A DNA stretch of 64,000 nucleotides from NCBI GenBank assembly GCA_050273025.1, contig CP158636.1, positions 9,176,001 to 9,240,000 of the forward strand. The letters run 5' to 3'. The DNA is from Cenococcum geophilum (Eukaryota). Below the pieces are notes generated by a model. It made no database searches, was not told the origin of the DNA, and saw nothing but the letters and a program-made list of their open reading frames with translations. Made by a program: the position numbers and the translations under genes. Every line of letters begins with the position of its first letter. The first letter of the stretch is position 1. This document shows, one piece after another, positions 1 through 12,079 of this stretch.

Positions 1-3000
1 TGGATTCCGGCGATACTATACTACCTTAAACTTACGGAAAACTAGTAATAGAAGTATTACTAAGTACTAGGAGATACTAAGTTACGTTTATTACGCAGAA
101 CAACCACGTTTACGAAGATTTGGTTAAGTACTTTAGGTCAGAAGTGTCACTAAACCTATGGTCCTAAGTTAACGTCCGAAACGCGTTAAACGACGTCTAA
201 AACGCGTTAAATAACATCTCGAATTGCCTACCTCTTAACAGTAAACCTACGAGATCCTACAAAACCGAAAACCCTACTTACCTTCGACGTATAACACCCC
301 GTCGATTCTACACCTACTATAGCGTTAACCTATCTAAAGAAGTACGAGAAGGACATTAACCCGGAAATATGGAATACTAATATAATCGACTTTATAAATA
401 CTAAGCAACAGGACCTAAACGGATTCTTATTATACCATATAGCATACTATAAAGACAGCGAATATAACGACACTATGCTATAGTACTATATAAGGGAGGA
501 CTTTATTAAATAAATAAAGGAAATATAGACTCCTGTAAAGAAGGATATTATATAAAACTTTTATAACTTCTTACGGAAGTATAAAGTATTTATACCTATA
601 GATAGGGGTACTATTAGAGACAATATTTAGGAGCAGGTTATTAACGTAAAAAAAGAGCACGAATGGACTCTAGAAGAGATTAAGCACCAACTATACACTA
701 TAAGGAAGCTTAACTTACAATAAAATCCAAGTAATACACCTCTAGAGACGAATCTACCTCCGCCCTTAACTCCTCTATATCTAATTTAACCTATAGCTTT
801 AACGTCGGACACTATACCCTAATAAAAGCAGGCATAGGATCCTATTACTCCGCGATTTAATAACCTTTAGACTCCACCGATTAGACCTACGTCCCTACTA
901 CAGCCTATAATATAACTCCTACCTCCTCTATCTTAATCTTAAATTAGAGGCGGTTTAAAATTACTTATAGAGCTCGCGAAGCTCTATTTGGATTAAGAGA
1001 AGAAGTTTAGCGGGGAACTATATAATGTCCTTAATTCGAAACTACATATCTTCTATAACTATTGCTAGAAAGTAGGGATAGAGTCTAATTAATACTATAA
1101 CGCCTATTCCGTTATGCTTAAGGACCAAGCTAGTACCTTCTATTATAACCGTTTGGCAGGAAAAGGATACAATTTTGACCGCATAATATATAAGTTAAGA
1201 TACCACTTTAAAACAGAAGAGAATAAGTAGCAGTATATATTAGAATGGAAAGAGACTACCTTTTTAAGGATTATTGCTATAAACCTAGGTGTCCCTCGGC
1301 TTAATTATCTTTAAAAGCTCTTCAATTAACTTTAGACGATTTAGCATAGTTTATCCAAATCATATTAAGAGGATTTCAGCCTATATAATTAAGTCATTAG
1401 CGTATACTAAGGCGTTAAAGAATACAACCTTGCACTTTTTAATCCTATAAATACTTACAAAGGAGTATATACTTAATTAAGATCTTCTATTAGCACCGCT
1501 CTACACTCTTAAGAAATATAGTAATTTAACACCTAACTCTAATCTACTTTAATTAACCCGCCTAACTAATACGATTATAACTAGACTAATTAAATATATA
1601 GTAGCCGGGGTAGATAATACGGCAGAGGGTATAATTAACGACTATAAGGTAAAAGTGGAGGCCATTATAGAGGTTCATTTCAAAGCAATTACTAGAAAAA
1701 GTGCTACGTTTATAAGAAACTAAATTGCTAGTTAACTAGGCATTCTCTTAATAAGCAAAAGGAGGTATATAATAAGTTTCGCTAAAGTATAAGAAATGTT
1801 AAAAATTATAAGGTTACTGCGGCCTACTTTTAAAGCTTTTTAGTTTAATATAAAGGCGTAAAAGATCTTAAGGGTAAGGTTAATAAGGCCAAATAGCTCC
1901 TTATAGATATAGAAATTAAGGACTACTTACCTAACCAATACTTTACTAAGTATAGTAAGGTAGATGGTATATAAACCGTCACTATTCTTAATAACTAATC
2001 TACGCTCCACTTTATTATAAAGTTAGATATCTTTAATAAGCTACGGGAGAGTTTTACGTTCTCCTTTAATAACAGATACTCGGCGAACGTCTTCTATAGT
2101 ATTATACCAGACATTAGAGCTATAGGAGTATCTATAGCAAGAGAACCTTAAGTTTAAGCCCTTTAGTAGCTTAATAGCTCTGTTTAGATTAACTATTTAA
2201 TAGTAGGCCAATATATAATTCGTTTTAGTAAGGGTACTGCGATCTTTCTTAGCACAATTAGGGTCTAAACCCCCTTGGGGTGTATTACTTTCCACGTTAT
2301 TCTTATAAATACCCCATTTTTATTTTACATTAGAGATATAGATAAATTAGGCGTTAAGCTTAATAACTTTAAAAATATACTCGTTTAGGGAGATAATTAG
2401 GTACCTATTATGCGCAAGTGGGATTACCCCTAGTTGCTCCTTTATTAACTAGAAAAGAGTATTACTTAAAGCCACTTAACTAAGTTAGAGTTACGTTAAC
2501 TACACCGTCGCTTTAGCCACCTATCTATTTACTAACTACTTAGGGTCCTTTAGCAAGTAGGCTATAAAGTTAAAGTTAAGGCGATTAAATATTTTATAAA
2601 GTACTGCTATTAATGCTAAATAAACCAAAAGTCCCCTAGCCGATTTAAGTTCAGCCTTAAAGATAACTATAACTTTAACTTCTATATTATTATTAATGTT
2701 ATATACCTTAGCGGCAAGCTAGTACTCTAAGTTATTAACTTCTTAACCTCCTTTAAGCCGCACGTTTTTTAAAGGATATATTAGCTAGAAACGCATAGAA
2801 TACCCTATAATTATACTAGATTAATATCTACCTAAAACCCCCTAATTAAATCATCTATAACGCAGAAAAGGACTTCTTATCTATAGAGTTTCGATAATAG
2901 ATAAAGGCAATAGCAATTAAGGTTAAGGAAGTCCCCGTTAAGGCATATAATAGTATTAAAAAAGTAAAATAATATTACGCGCTATTACGCCGCGTATATA

Positions 3001-5317
3001 AGATTATCTCTTTAAAACTAGAAAACACTAGCAAAAAACTTACCCTATAAATAGCTATTAAAGCCGTTAATAATTTCGCTAGCCTAGATAAACTTATACC
3101 TATATTACTTATCTTTAGCGCCTACCCTTAAATAACTAACAATTCTCTACTATCTCCCTCTATTATATAATAAGCTAAGGCTATTCGCAAGGTAATAAAG
3201 GAGGTACGATATTTCTACGCTATATACTAGGTTAATAACGTACTAGGAATAAGAAATGGCCTAAATACCTTAACTACGCTTAATCTACCACTCTAGTCTA
3301 AGGTACGCGTACAGCGTAAAAAGGGAGGGTGGTTAGGCCCATATTAACTTATTATAATTAATAGTTAAACTTATACTATTTAAATGCCTTATAGACCCAC
3401 TTAATTCCATTTAACTATTATTAAGCCTTATTATAAAGATAATAGTTCTAAGCCTTTATAGGATGCTATAGAAAATGCCCTAAAGGAGAACTATAATTAA
3501 TATACTCTAGAAGGCAACCATAATCCTAATATAATTATAGTAGATACGCTATAACTATAACGCGGTAAAGGTTACCCAAAGGGATTATAAAATTGCCAAT
3601 ATTTTATTAATTTTAAAGAGTAATTTATTGCCGCTATTAAGAATGGAGTTAAGCTATTAATGGCCTTTATAACAGCTAGGGAAAAGGCTAACTTTAAACT
3701 CGCAAAACAGCTCTAAAAGGAAGGTTATATTATAACTTTAAGAGCTCCTTTCTAAGCATCTAATAAGTAGGAGATCAATGGTCTTATTATAAGAGGAGTC
3801 TTTAAATTTAAGAAGTATAACCCTACTAAGTTTAATAGAGTTCGTATCTTTAAGTTAAAAATAGTTAATAAGATTAAGGATATAGCTATTAACGCCCCAT
3901 TTAAGAAATTAAGGCTTATTATTTAAGGTTATAACAATAATAGTAAGGAGGTAATTCTTACGCAATCTCCTATAATTTAATAAGCTAGTTAGCAAGTTAT
4001 TATTACGCTAGCTCCCTCCTTAATAAAGAATGGAATAGCAGTTTATTTATAAGATATTACTTAAGCCTACACCTAATTAGAGACGCACCTTTAGCGCTTA
4101 ATATTAGTATACCTTCTAGAGCAAATTTGCCACTAGTATCCTAAAGATATAATTATAGTTATGCTTAAGCCATTATATAGAATCGCAGAGGCAGGAACTT
4201 ATTAGTAGGCTTCCTATAGCAAGCACTATAAAGAGAAGCTTTTAATAACTACTTTTATATTTAACCCCTACTTCCTTATTATAACTACAGGAACTCTATT
4301 TAGAATTATCGGCATATAAACTAATAATATAATTATCTTAGGAGACGACTAGTTCTTAGCTCTTAAAGAAGATAAGCTAATAAAGGTAAATTTTATAGTA
4401 AAGCCAAAGGAAAAGCTTAATTTAATAACACCATTACTCTTTAATAGATGTATCCTCTCCCTAAATAAGAATTCTATTGCTTTACGCTAGAAGGGTTAAG
4501 GTAAGAAGATTAACGTTATTAACGTTAATTCTCTAAAGTAAGGATATGTAAAGTAACGCACTTATGGAGCTTATAATACTTCTATCTATTAACCTAAGGC
4601 TTTATTTAATCTCTCTGTTACTACTTAATACTAGGAACTAACTAAGGATAACGTTCTTGCCCTAAATAAGCGTTTTTTTTAGTAAATAAACTATCTTAAT
4701 CGGGGACTACTCTACGTGCCTATTAATCTTCCTACCGCTAAGCTCTTTATATTTATTAATAGATCGTTTATAAATAATAAAGATTTTAGCTTCTAGCTAG
4801 GATATAAGATTATTATCGCAAACGAATCTACTAGAGAGAATAACTTTATAATCTACGGCAATTTTATCTATTAGAGCTTAACTAAGAGTAAACGTGTTAC
4901 TTAAAGCGTTTTAGCGTTAGAGATATATAGAATAGTTAGCGGAGTTAATATAGCAATTGTAATTAGAACTACCCTAAAGATAATTATAGATTAACTTAAA
5001 CTTCTTATTATCCCTATAATTATATATATTGACTTATATTCCCTCTATAAGTATTTAGTTAAGCTCGGTACTATAAAGGAGAAGCGCCTTATAATTAATA
5101 TTATGGCACTTTAGCAATCCTATAAGCGTTAAAAACTCTTTAAGATTTAATAAATTAATAGCTAAGATAACCTAGTAAATATAATAACGAAGGCGAACCT
5201 AAATAAGGCACTAGAGATGTTTATTAATATAAATACTCTATATATATAAGTTAAAGGTTAGGTTAAAAGAAAGTCCCTAGAAATTTCTTAGTTATATAAA
5301 GTCTTAAAATATCTAAG

Positions 5318-5469
5318 AACTTTAACCAGCGGTTAAAGTTATCTAATTAGTTAGATTCTCTTGCCAAGACTTTTTTAAAGGGGGGAGTATAATATTCTAC
5401 AAACCCTAATTCCAACTAGCTAATTAGGATTTTCTATCCCCGGGATGGAAAATTGCTATTGGCTCGCTT
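5318..5469 (+). ncRNA. Candidate structured RNA module in Copia 3' UTR (copy 1)
   Basis: Hairpin AACTTTAACC-agc-GGTTAAAGTT, long stem TAATTAGTTAG/CTAGCTAATTA, hairpin GATTTTCTATCC..GGATGGAAAATT. Homologous to 8380-8533 and 16094-16245. Confidence 0.5.
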
Positions 5470-5667
5470 ATAACTAGCGCCTTAGCGGCCCTAACACGAT
5501 ATTCACCCACGACTTCTAAGCAAGAAAGCACCACGTGCTAAGAGGCAAATTTTAGGATAGCGAGACTTATATTATAATGGCAATAGTAAGTAAGGAGGAT
5601 TAATATTTGTTACGCTAGTTAAGCAGTATTTATATATAGGTGGCAACTATAAAAGAAGAGTTGCTAG

Positions 5668-5835
5668 TGTCGGGAATAAGGCAAGCGGTCGTCACGTGAC
5701 GCCGCGGCACTAGCGTGGCGAGGAGTCTTAGGCTCCTCGCCCTTCCCTCATTCCAATCAATAAGCTTTATTAACTAACATCACTGTAACCCTACTCGAGT
5801 AGTCGTTATTGGTGAGTCACCCTATGTAACCAATA
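5668..5835 (+). repeat. 3' LTR of Copia copy 1 (168 bp)
   Basis: TGTCGGG...CCAATA (CA>TA), preceded by purine tract AAAAGAAGAG. Termini match the Copia copy 2 LTRs. Confidence 0.85.
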
Positions 5836-6035
5836 TTAATAATAGAATAATAGGGTATATTGTATATATAGAGACAAATCCTTAAGGGAAAAAGGAGGAG
5901 TCTATATATAAAGTAGGAAGGGTTTTCCCTAGGTACGTGCAGCGCACATACCTTATAGGCAAGTCACCCCTAGGTTGCCCTAGGGTCGCCCATACCTTAC
6001 GGCTATATAACTATCTACTTAGGTTTTACCTAACA
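5836..6035. repeat. Partial LTR (family E) interrupted by Copia copy 1
   Basis: Ends ...GGTTTTACCTAACA. Its last ~105 bp recur at 10308-10414. Confidence 0.65.
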
Positions 6036-8379
6036 AATACTAAACTCTAGATTAATATTAATAAGTCTAAGTTTTATACTACCAAAATAAAATACCTTAG
6101 CTTAATTATCTTAACTAATGGTATAACTATAGACCCTAAAAATAGCGTTTACTATAGTACTAGTCCTAGCGTATTATAACTATTTAAAGAAGACTATAGT
6201 AGAGACAAACGCCTTGAACTAGGCTTTAGGTAGAATACTTTATTAAGCCAATAAAAGTAATAAGCTTAAGCTAATCACATTTTTCTCTATTAAGCACTTA
6301 GCCCCTAAATATAACTATAATATATATAATAAGGAGCTCCTAGTAATTATTAAGACACTAAAAAAATGGTGCCCTAAACTCCAAGGAACTAAGCAGCTAT
6401 TTAAAATTATTACGGACTATAAAAACCTTTAAACCTTTATAATAATAAAACAATTAAACTAGCGCTAAGTCTACTGGGCTAAGTTCCTTTCTTAATTTAA
6501 CTTTGTTATTACCTATAGGCCTAGTACTAAAGCTATAATCCTAGACGCTCTTAGCCGCCTCTTAGGCGTTATACCTGCTAATACTAATAATAAATGTCTA
6601 TAACACTAAGACCGCGTTATCTTACTACCAAAGAAAGTTAACCCTACTATCTTAGAAGAGCTACTAAGCGAATCCTAAAATTAGAACATTAAAGACTTTA
6701 TTACAGTAATAGACCCAAAGCCTAAGAAAAAAACCCTTAAGGAGCTTATTAAGAATGCCTATATAGAGAATAAGCTCGCTAGGAATATATTAGCTACGCT
6801 ATATAAATAAGAAGACTATAAAGCACGCCGTTAGCTTAAGTAAATTAGGAAGCTGCTCCGCTATAATAAATCCAAATATTTAATTATTAACGGCCTAATC
6901 TACTATAGGAATTAAGTATTTATCCCTAATTTACCTAAACTCTAACTAGAAGTTATACATCGCACGTATAGTTTAGGCCCTATAGGTTACCTAAGACGCG
7001 TTAAGATACTAGACCTCCTTAATTAAACGTATTAGTAGCTAGGTATTTTATAGTTTACGGCTACCTTTATAAGAGACTGCGCCCTCTACTTCCGTATAAA
7101 GACTTTATACTTAGCACCGCCCAGTTTCCTAAAACTACTAAAACTACTAGTCCGCCTATAAACCAATATCTTTATTAACTACGTTATTAACCTACCTAAG
7201 TACCTTTATAATAGCAAAATATATAGATATATTTTTGTTATTATCGACCGCCTAATAAAGATAAGATACTTTATTTTTATTACTAGCCTTAATACTAAGA
7301 AGCTTGTTAAAGTATTTATTTATACTATTTATAAGTTACACGGCGCTTTAAATACTATTATTTCTAATAAAGGCTCTTTATTTGTTTCTAACTTCTAGCA
7401 TTGCCTGAACTAGGGCCTAAAGGTAACCCTAAGCCCTAGCTCCGCATAACACCCTAAAATAGATAGTTAAACTAAGATTGTTAATATAGCAATAAATAAG
7501 TACCTATACACCTTTATAAGCTTTACCTAAAATAACTAGGTAGATTAGCTCCCCCTTACTAAGTTTACTATAAATAACTAGGTTAATAAAACTATGAGAA
7601 TCTTACCATTCTTTACTAACTATAGTTATAACCTATATCTAGGTATTGAACTAGTAGACCCCTAGCTATTAGCCCTATCTATATATATAAAGAAGGAGTA
7701 CTTATAAGCTAATATTATTGCTAACTGCTTTAAGCGCATCTTAACCCAGCTTAAAGCCCTAGCTTATATCCCCTAGCAATATTATAAAGATAACACTAAT
7801 ATAAAATAAGACGAAGGTATAATATTTAAAAAGGATAATATAGTTATAGTTAGCCTTAAAAATATAAAGACTAACTGGCCTAAGAGGAAGTAGGATAATA
7901 GCTAGGACGGACCCTAGCCCGTCTTAGCAGCCTATAGAGGAGTAGTTATAGTTAACCTCCTAGACTATATCCGTGTTAATAAGTCTTTCTATACTTTAGA
8001 AGCCCGCCTTTAGTTCTCTAAAGAGATTTCTAATTAAGTATATATTAATAAAGAGGAATGTTATAATACAATAGGTAGGATAGCTAAAAGGGATAATAAA
8101 GGCAATATTACGGACAAGTAGGAATTTAAAAAGACCCTTAATGTATATAATAAATAAATGGATAAGCACGGCTTAATATATTATATTAAGTGGAAGTATT
8201 ATAATAAGGAAACCTAGGAACCTAAAAAATCCCTAAAAGGGTGTAAGTGCGCACTACTAAAGTTTTATAAATAATACCCTAAGAAGCTAGGACCCCTAAA
8301 CTGGGTATAAGATAAAAAAGAGTTACGCTAAAACTATAGCTAACCATAAAGATAATTTATAGTGGTTAAGATCTTATAG

Positions 8380-8533
8380 AACTTTAACCGCCGGTTAAAG
8401 TTGTTTAATTAGTTAGTTTTCTTTACTAAGAAGTGCTATGCGGTAGCGGTATAGAGTTCTACCGACCCTATTCATTAAACTAACTAATTAGGATTTTCTA
8501 TACCCAGTATAGAAAATCGCTATTAGCTTAGTT
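8380..8533 (+). ncRNA. Candidate structured RNA module in Gypsy A 3' UTR
   Basis: Same hairpin-stem-hairpin layout as 5318-5469, with substitutions that preserve pairing. Confidence 0.5.
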
Positions 8534-8620
8534 AAGAGCGGTAAGCAAAAGTAATATCTTTATAGTAAAAATAAGTTACTTATTTGGTTTAGGGACTAAA
8601 CCTTTTAGGGAGGGGAGTAC

Positions 8621-8816
8621 TGTTACGGCACTAACCTAACGTATACTGTTTTATACTGTCTCGTACTATCTTATACTATTTCCTACTATTGGCCAGCCCA
8701 CCACTAGCGCCTTGGCGGCTGGCCCTACTATTTATATATAATACCCCCTTTTACCTTCTTCTCCTCTTTATACCATAACGTAGTTATTTAATCTACTTTA
8801 TTGCAGCATTATAATT
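8621..8816 (+). repeat. 3' LTR of Gypsy A copy 1
   Basis: TGTTACGGCAC start right after the PPT; near-identical to reverse complement of 55692-55878. Confidence 0.88.
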
Positions 8817-10305
8817 TTATAGAAACCTAAATGTTAAGGATTAAGTAATTAAAGGACTAAGGAGTAGAGGCTAAACTAGGAATCTTAATAATAGAAGATA
8901 TTTAGGCGGACTTTATAGTAAGAGAAGTAGTAGAAAGATAGAGCTTATATAAACTGCGGAAAGTAAGGTTATTTTACTAGAGATTATAGAGGTAGTTAGA
9001 ATAACTACGTGGTAAAGGAAACTAGAGTAATAGACAGCATATATATATAAAGGGATAATAATATACTACGAGGAATAAAAGAATGTTTAATTAGAAGCTT
9101 TGCGTTTTTCTATAATAACGTATACCGAGTTTATAAGAACGCTAAGTACGGCGTAAGCTATTAGCTATAAGAGCCTAAGTTAAGAGAACTTTAGGGTATA
9201 TAAGAGTTAGATAAAGAATAAGCTTAACTTTATAAACTAGATTAGGACCTAGAGGGTATATTTAGCTAAAGGTTAGCGGAGAAAGTTCTTATATACTAGT
9301 TTTACTAAAAGGCAATAGAATCTAAGGATTAGACTAATTAGACTATTAGTAATAATAAAGTAATAGATATGGATAGCTAGGATTATATAAGCTTTAAATA
9401 CGTAATAGAGGTAGAAACCAAGACCATTACAAAATAAGGTTTAGTAACGGAAATTATAACTCTATTAGACACGATGTCTATTAACTTATAAAACGTAAAA
9501 GAAGTAGGATAGTAAACTATTTTGGTATATAATAAAGGTAAAAGGCTATAGGTCTTAAGCTCTTAAAATAAAATAACGAAAATAACTTAAGACCTTAAGA
9601 AATGGATAAGAGTATAAGCTAGTTATCTATAAGGATAGGTTAAGGTAGAAACCTAAGAATATAAGCTAGGCTAGTAGGATAAAAGCAAGGCTCCATATAT
9701 AGAAGGTAAGTAAAGTGCTTAACCTAAGGATTAAAAAGTTAACACTATAATTAAGAAGTAAGAGATCTTTAAGGATCTATTAGCTAGACACAGACTAGAA
9801 GAAAGCTAAAAGGAGTTTAAAGAATAAATTTACGCGTAGTAAGAATAAAACTAAAACTATAAGCTAAGAATACTAGGACGGTTAAGGGATAGAGTACTTA
9901 TATAAAGAATTGCTTATAGGCTAAAGGTAGATATATCTAGGGTAAAGTAGTTATAAGAAATTAAATAAGAGGATTTTAGGATCTCTATTGGGTTTAAAAA
10001 CTATATATAAAAGGTTGTAATAATATAGTAATAAAAAGATACTTTCTTATAGATAGATTGTATATACTTATAGAGCTGCATTAAAAGTAATATAAATAGC
10101 AATATAATAATAAGTAGAAAGACTTTTATATATAACTAAACAAATAAGTTATTATAGACTAAGTAGTACTATAATAATACATAAGTTATATTAAAGGAGC
10201 ATTGATTATAATATTAAGAGATCTAGAAGGACAATTAGAGGACTAAGGAAGTAAAGAATACATCTTAGTACTTACTAATAATAGGCTAAAAGCTAGATTA
10301 GTTAA
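8817..10305 (+). pseudogene. Gag-protease fragment of a Gypsy C-related element
   Basis: Aligns by eye with reverse complement of ~58300-59900 (e.g. GTAAGCTATTAGCTATAAGAGCCTAAGTTAA). CCHC knuckle near 8945-8990. Confidence 0.75.
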
Positions 10306-10307
10306 AT

Positions 10308-10414
10308 GTAGGTATATATAGCGCACATACCTTATAGGCAAGTTACCCCTAAGTTGCCCCTAGGTTACCTATACTTTATAGCTATATAACTATCTATTTA
10401 GGTTTTACCTAATA
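10308..10414. repeat. Partial LTR (family E), second copy
   Basis: Matches ~5930-6035 with RIP-type changes. Confidence 0.65.
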
Positions 10415-10419
10415 ATACC

Positions 10420-12079
10420 TATTACGGAAGTGGGTATAAGCTAGAATACGATATACTAAACGGGTAGTAATTAAAGAAGCTATATACGCGTAACTATGCG
10501 TAGTTAATATAAAGACATTTAGATGCAAAATAGAATAGAATAGGTTAGGTACGGGTATAAATAGGGGTTGTAAGGGAATGTATATAGGTGTCTCGGAACG
10601 AACGTAAGTATAGGTTAAGAACGTCAAAACGCGCAGAGACGTAAGAACGTGTAAGTCCCGTAATAGTACCCCCCCCTTACTTCCAAGCTCCTGCGAGGCG
10701 TGTTATATTATATATACTAGAAAAAAAACCCATTATAGGAAAAAAAATTATTAGCCTTCTCCGCCCTTCTACGTCCTTTATTGCACAAGTTCCTCTAGTT
10801 TAGTCCTTTTATATTCAATTATTAGGCTACTAACTTATTAGGCCTAAAGCATAGCCTAGCTTCTATTACCAGCTACACTCCTATCCTTACTGCTTAGAGA
10901 TACATTGCTAAAGCTTATACAGTCCCTTTCTCGCTTTTAGCAGCTCTACGGCCTTCCCTTCCTATACTCCAGGTCCCCCTAAAAAATTACCCTAATTTTT
11001 GGTCCAAAATAGGCGTTTTAGGCAGTATTTATCGGCCTAAACGGCAGTATAGTACGGTCAGTACGGTGTTCGTGGTCGTAGTAAGGCATATTCTTAGCAG
11101 GTTCTTATCGGTGCGGTGCAGTATTCGTATTATAGGCAGGTTCTTATCGGTGGCAGTACGGTGCCAGCGCAGGTTCCGTAAGCATATCGGCACGGGATCT
11201 TATCAGATTCGGGTAGCAGTACAATGCAAGCGATAGGGTCGTAGGCGTATCGGCACAACGGCTTATCAGTTCATGTGGTAGCAGTACGGTGCCAGCGACG
11301 GGGTCGTCTCGTAGGCATATCGGCACGAGGCTTGTCGGTTTAGGTAGGTAGCAGTACGATGCCAGCGACGGGTCGTCTTGTAGGCGTATTAGCACGAGGC
11401 TTGTCGGTTCGGGTAGTAGTATAATACAAGCAACAGGGTCGTAGGCGTATCGGCACAACGGGTTATCAGGGTCGTTTCGCAGGCGTATTAGCGCAAGGTC
11501 TTGTTAGTATGTAGGGCAGTAATGGTGTAGGTTGGTAAGATAGCAGTACGATGCCAGCGCCAGGGTTAGGGTCGTCATGCAGTAGGATATAAGCCATTAG
11601 GTCAAACCGAGGGGCAGTAATATACCTATTCGTAATTAGTAGTAGTAGGGTATAAGCCATTAAGGTCCGTATGCAAATCGGCGCGGAGTCTTATTGTACT
11701 ATTTTAGAACCCTAGCGTCCTAGTCTACCCGCAGCTAGCAGCTCCTGCTCCTACCCCATAGGCGTAGAAAGGCATACTCCGCGACTAGTAGCCTATAGGC
11801 CCGCTAGGTATGGAAAAGGGATCTAAATATAGTGTTATAAAAGTAGGCACGAGCTGGAATACAATGTACTAAACGGGTAGTAATTAAAGAAGGCTACATA
11901 TGCGTAACTATACGTAGTTAATACAAAAATATTTAGATGCAGAATAGAATAGAATAGGTTAGGTACGGGTATAAATAGGGGCTGTAAGGGAACGTGCGTA
12001 GGTGTCTTAGGACGAACGTGAACACGAGTTAAGAACGTTAAAACGCGCAGAGACGTAAGAACGTGTAAGTCCCGTAACA
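10420..12079 (-). mobile_element. Small non-autonomous LTR element (family F): two ~246-bp LTRs around a 1.17-kb internal region without pol
   Basis: Direct repeats 10420-10665 and 11833-12079 (TGTTA...TAACA). C-run (minus-strand PPT) directly after 10665. Confidence 0.75.
11095..11575. repeat. GC-rich degenerate tandem repeat, ~60-65-bp unit
   Basis: Recurrent GCAGTACG(G/A)TGCCAGCG, GGGTCGT, GTAGGCGTATCGGCAC motifs, roughly 7 copies. Confidence 0.8.

Larger units (their letters stand above)
1..5835 (+). mobile_element. Ty1/Copia LTR retrotransposon, copy 1 (5' end outside window), RIP-inactivated
   Basis: Copia domain order. De-RIP motifs: gag YDVLDSKLHIFYDYC (~1020), protease-like GIMPDTGAAGVSTAG (~2095), LHRRFGHPS (~2500), integrase (~2680-3150), RT (~3780-4520), RNase H (~4740-5270). 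3' LTR at 5668-5835. Confidence 0.92.
6036..8816 (+). mobile_element. Ty3/Gypsy chromovirus family A, copy 1 (3' half: end of RT, RNase H, integrase, chromodomain, 3' LTR)
   Basis: KYLGLIIS (~6090), RNase H VETDAS / YDKELL (~6200-6350), integrase GHPGRVKT and TDGQTE motifs, chromodomain YYIKWK (~8180), PPT GGGAGGGGAG, LTR 8621-8816 matching reverse complement of 55692-55878. Confidence 0.9.

Noticed and set aside
5378..5392. AAGGGGGGAGTAT as Copia PPT and LTR start
   Set aside because: The LTR pair and TSD of copy 2 place the LTR start at the equivalent of 5668. This G-run lies inside the structured module.
5318..5469. Hammerhead ribozyme or tRNA identity for the structured module
   Set aside because: No CTGATGA/GAAA core in the right geometry even after de-RIP, and no cloverleaf. 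Left unassigned.
11095..11575. CRISPR-like array
   Set aside because: Degenerate tandem units without unique spacers, no cas genes, and a eukaryotic TE context.
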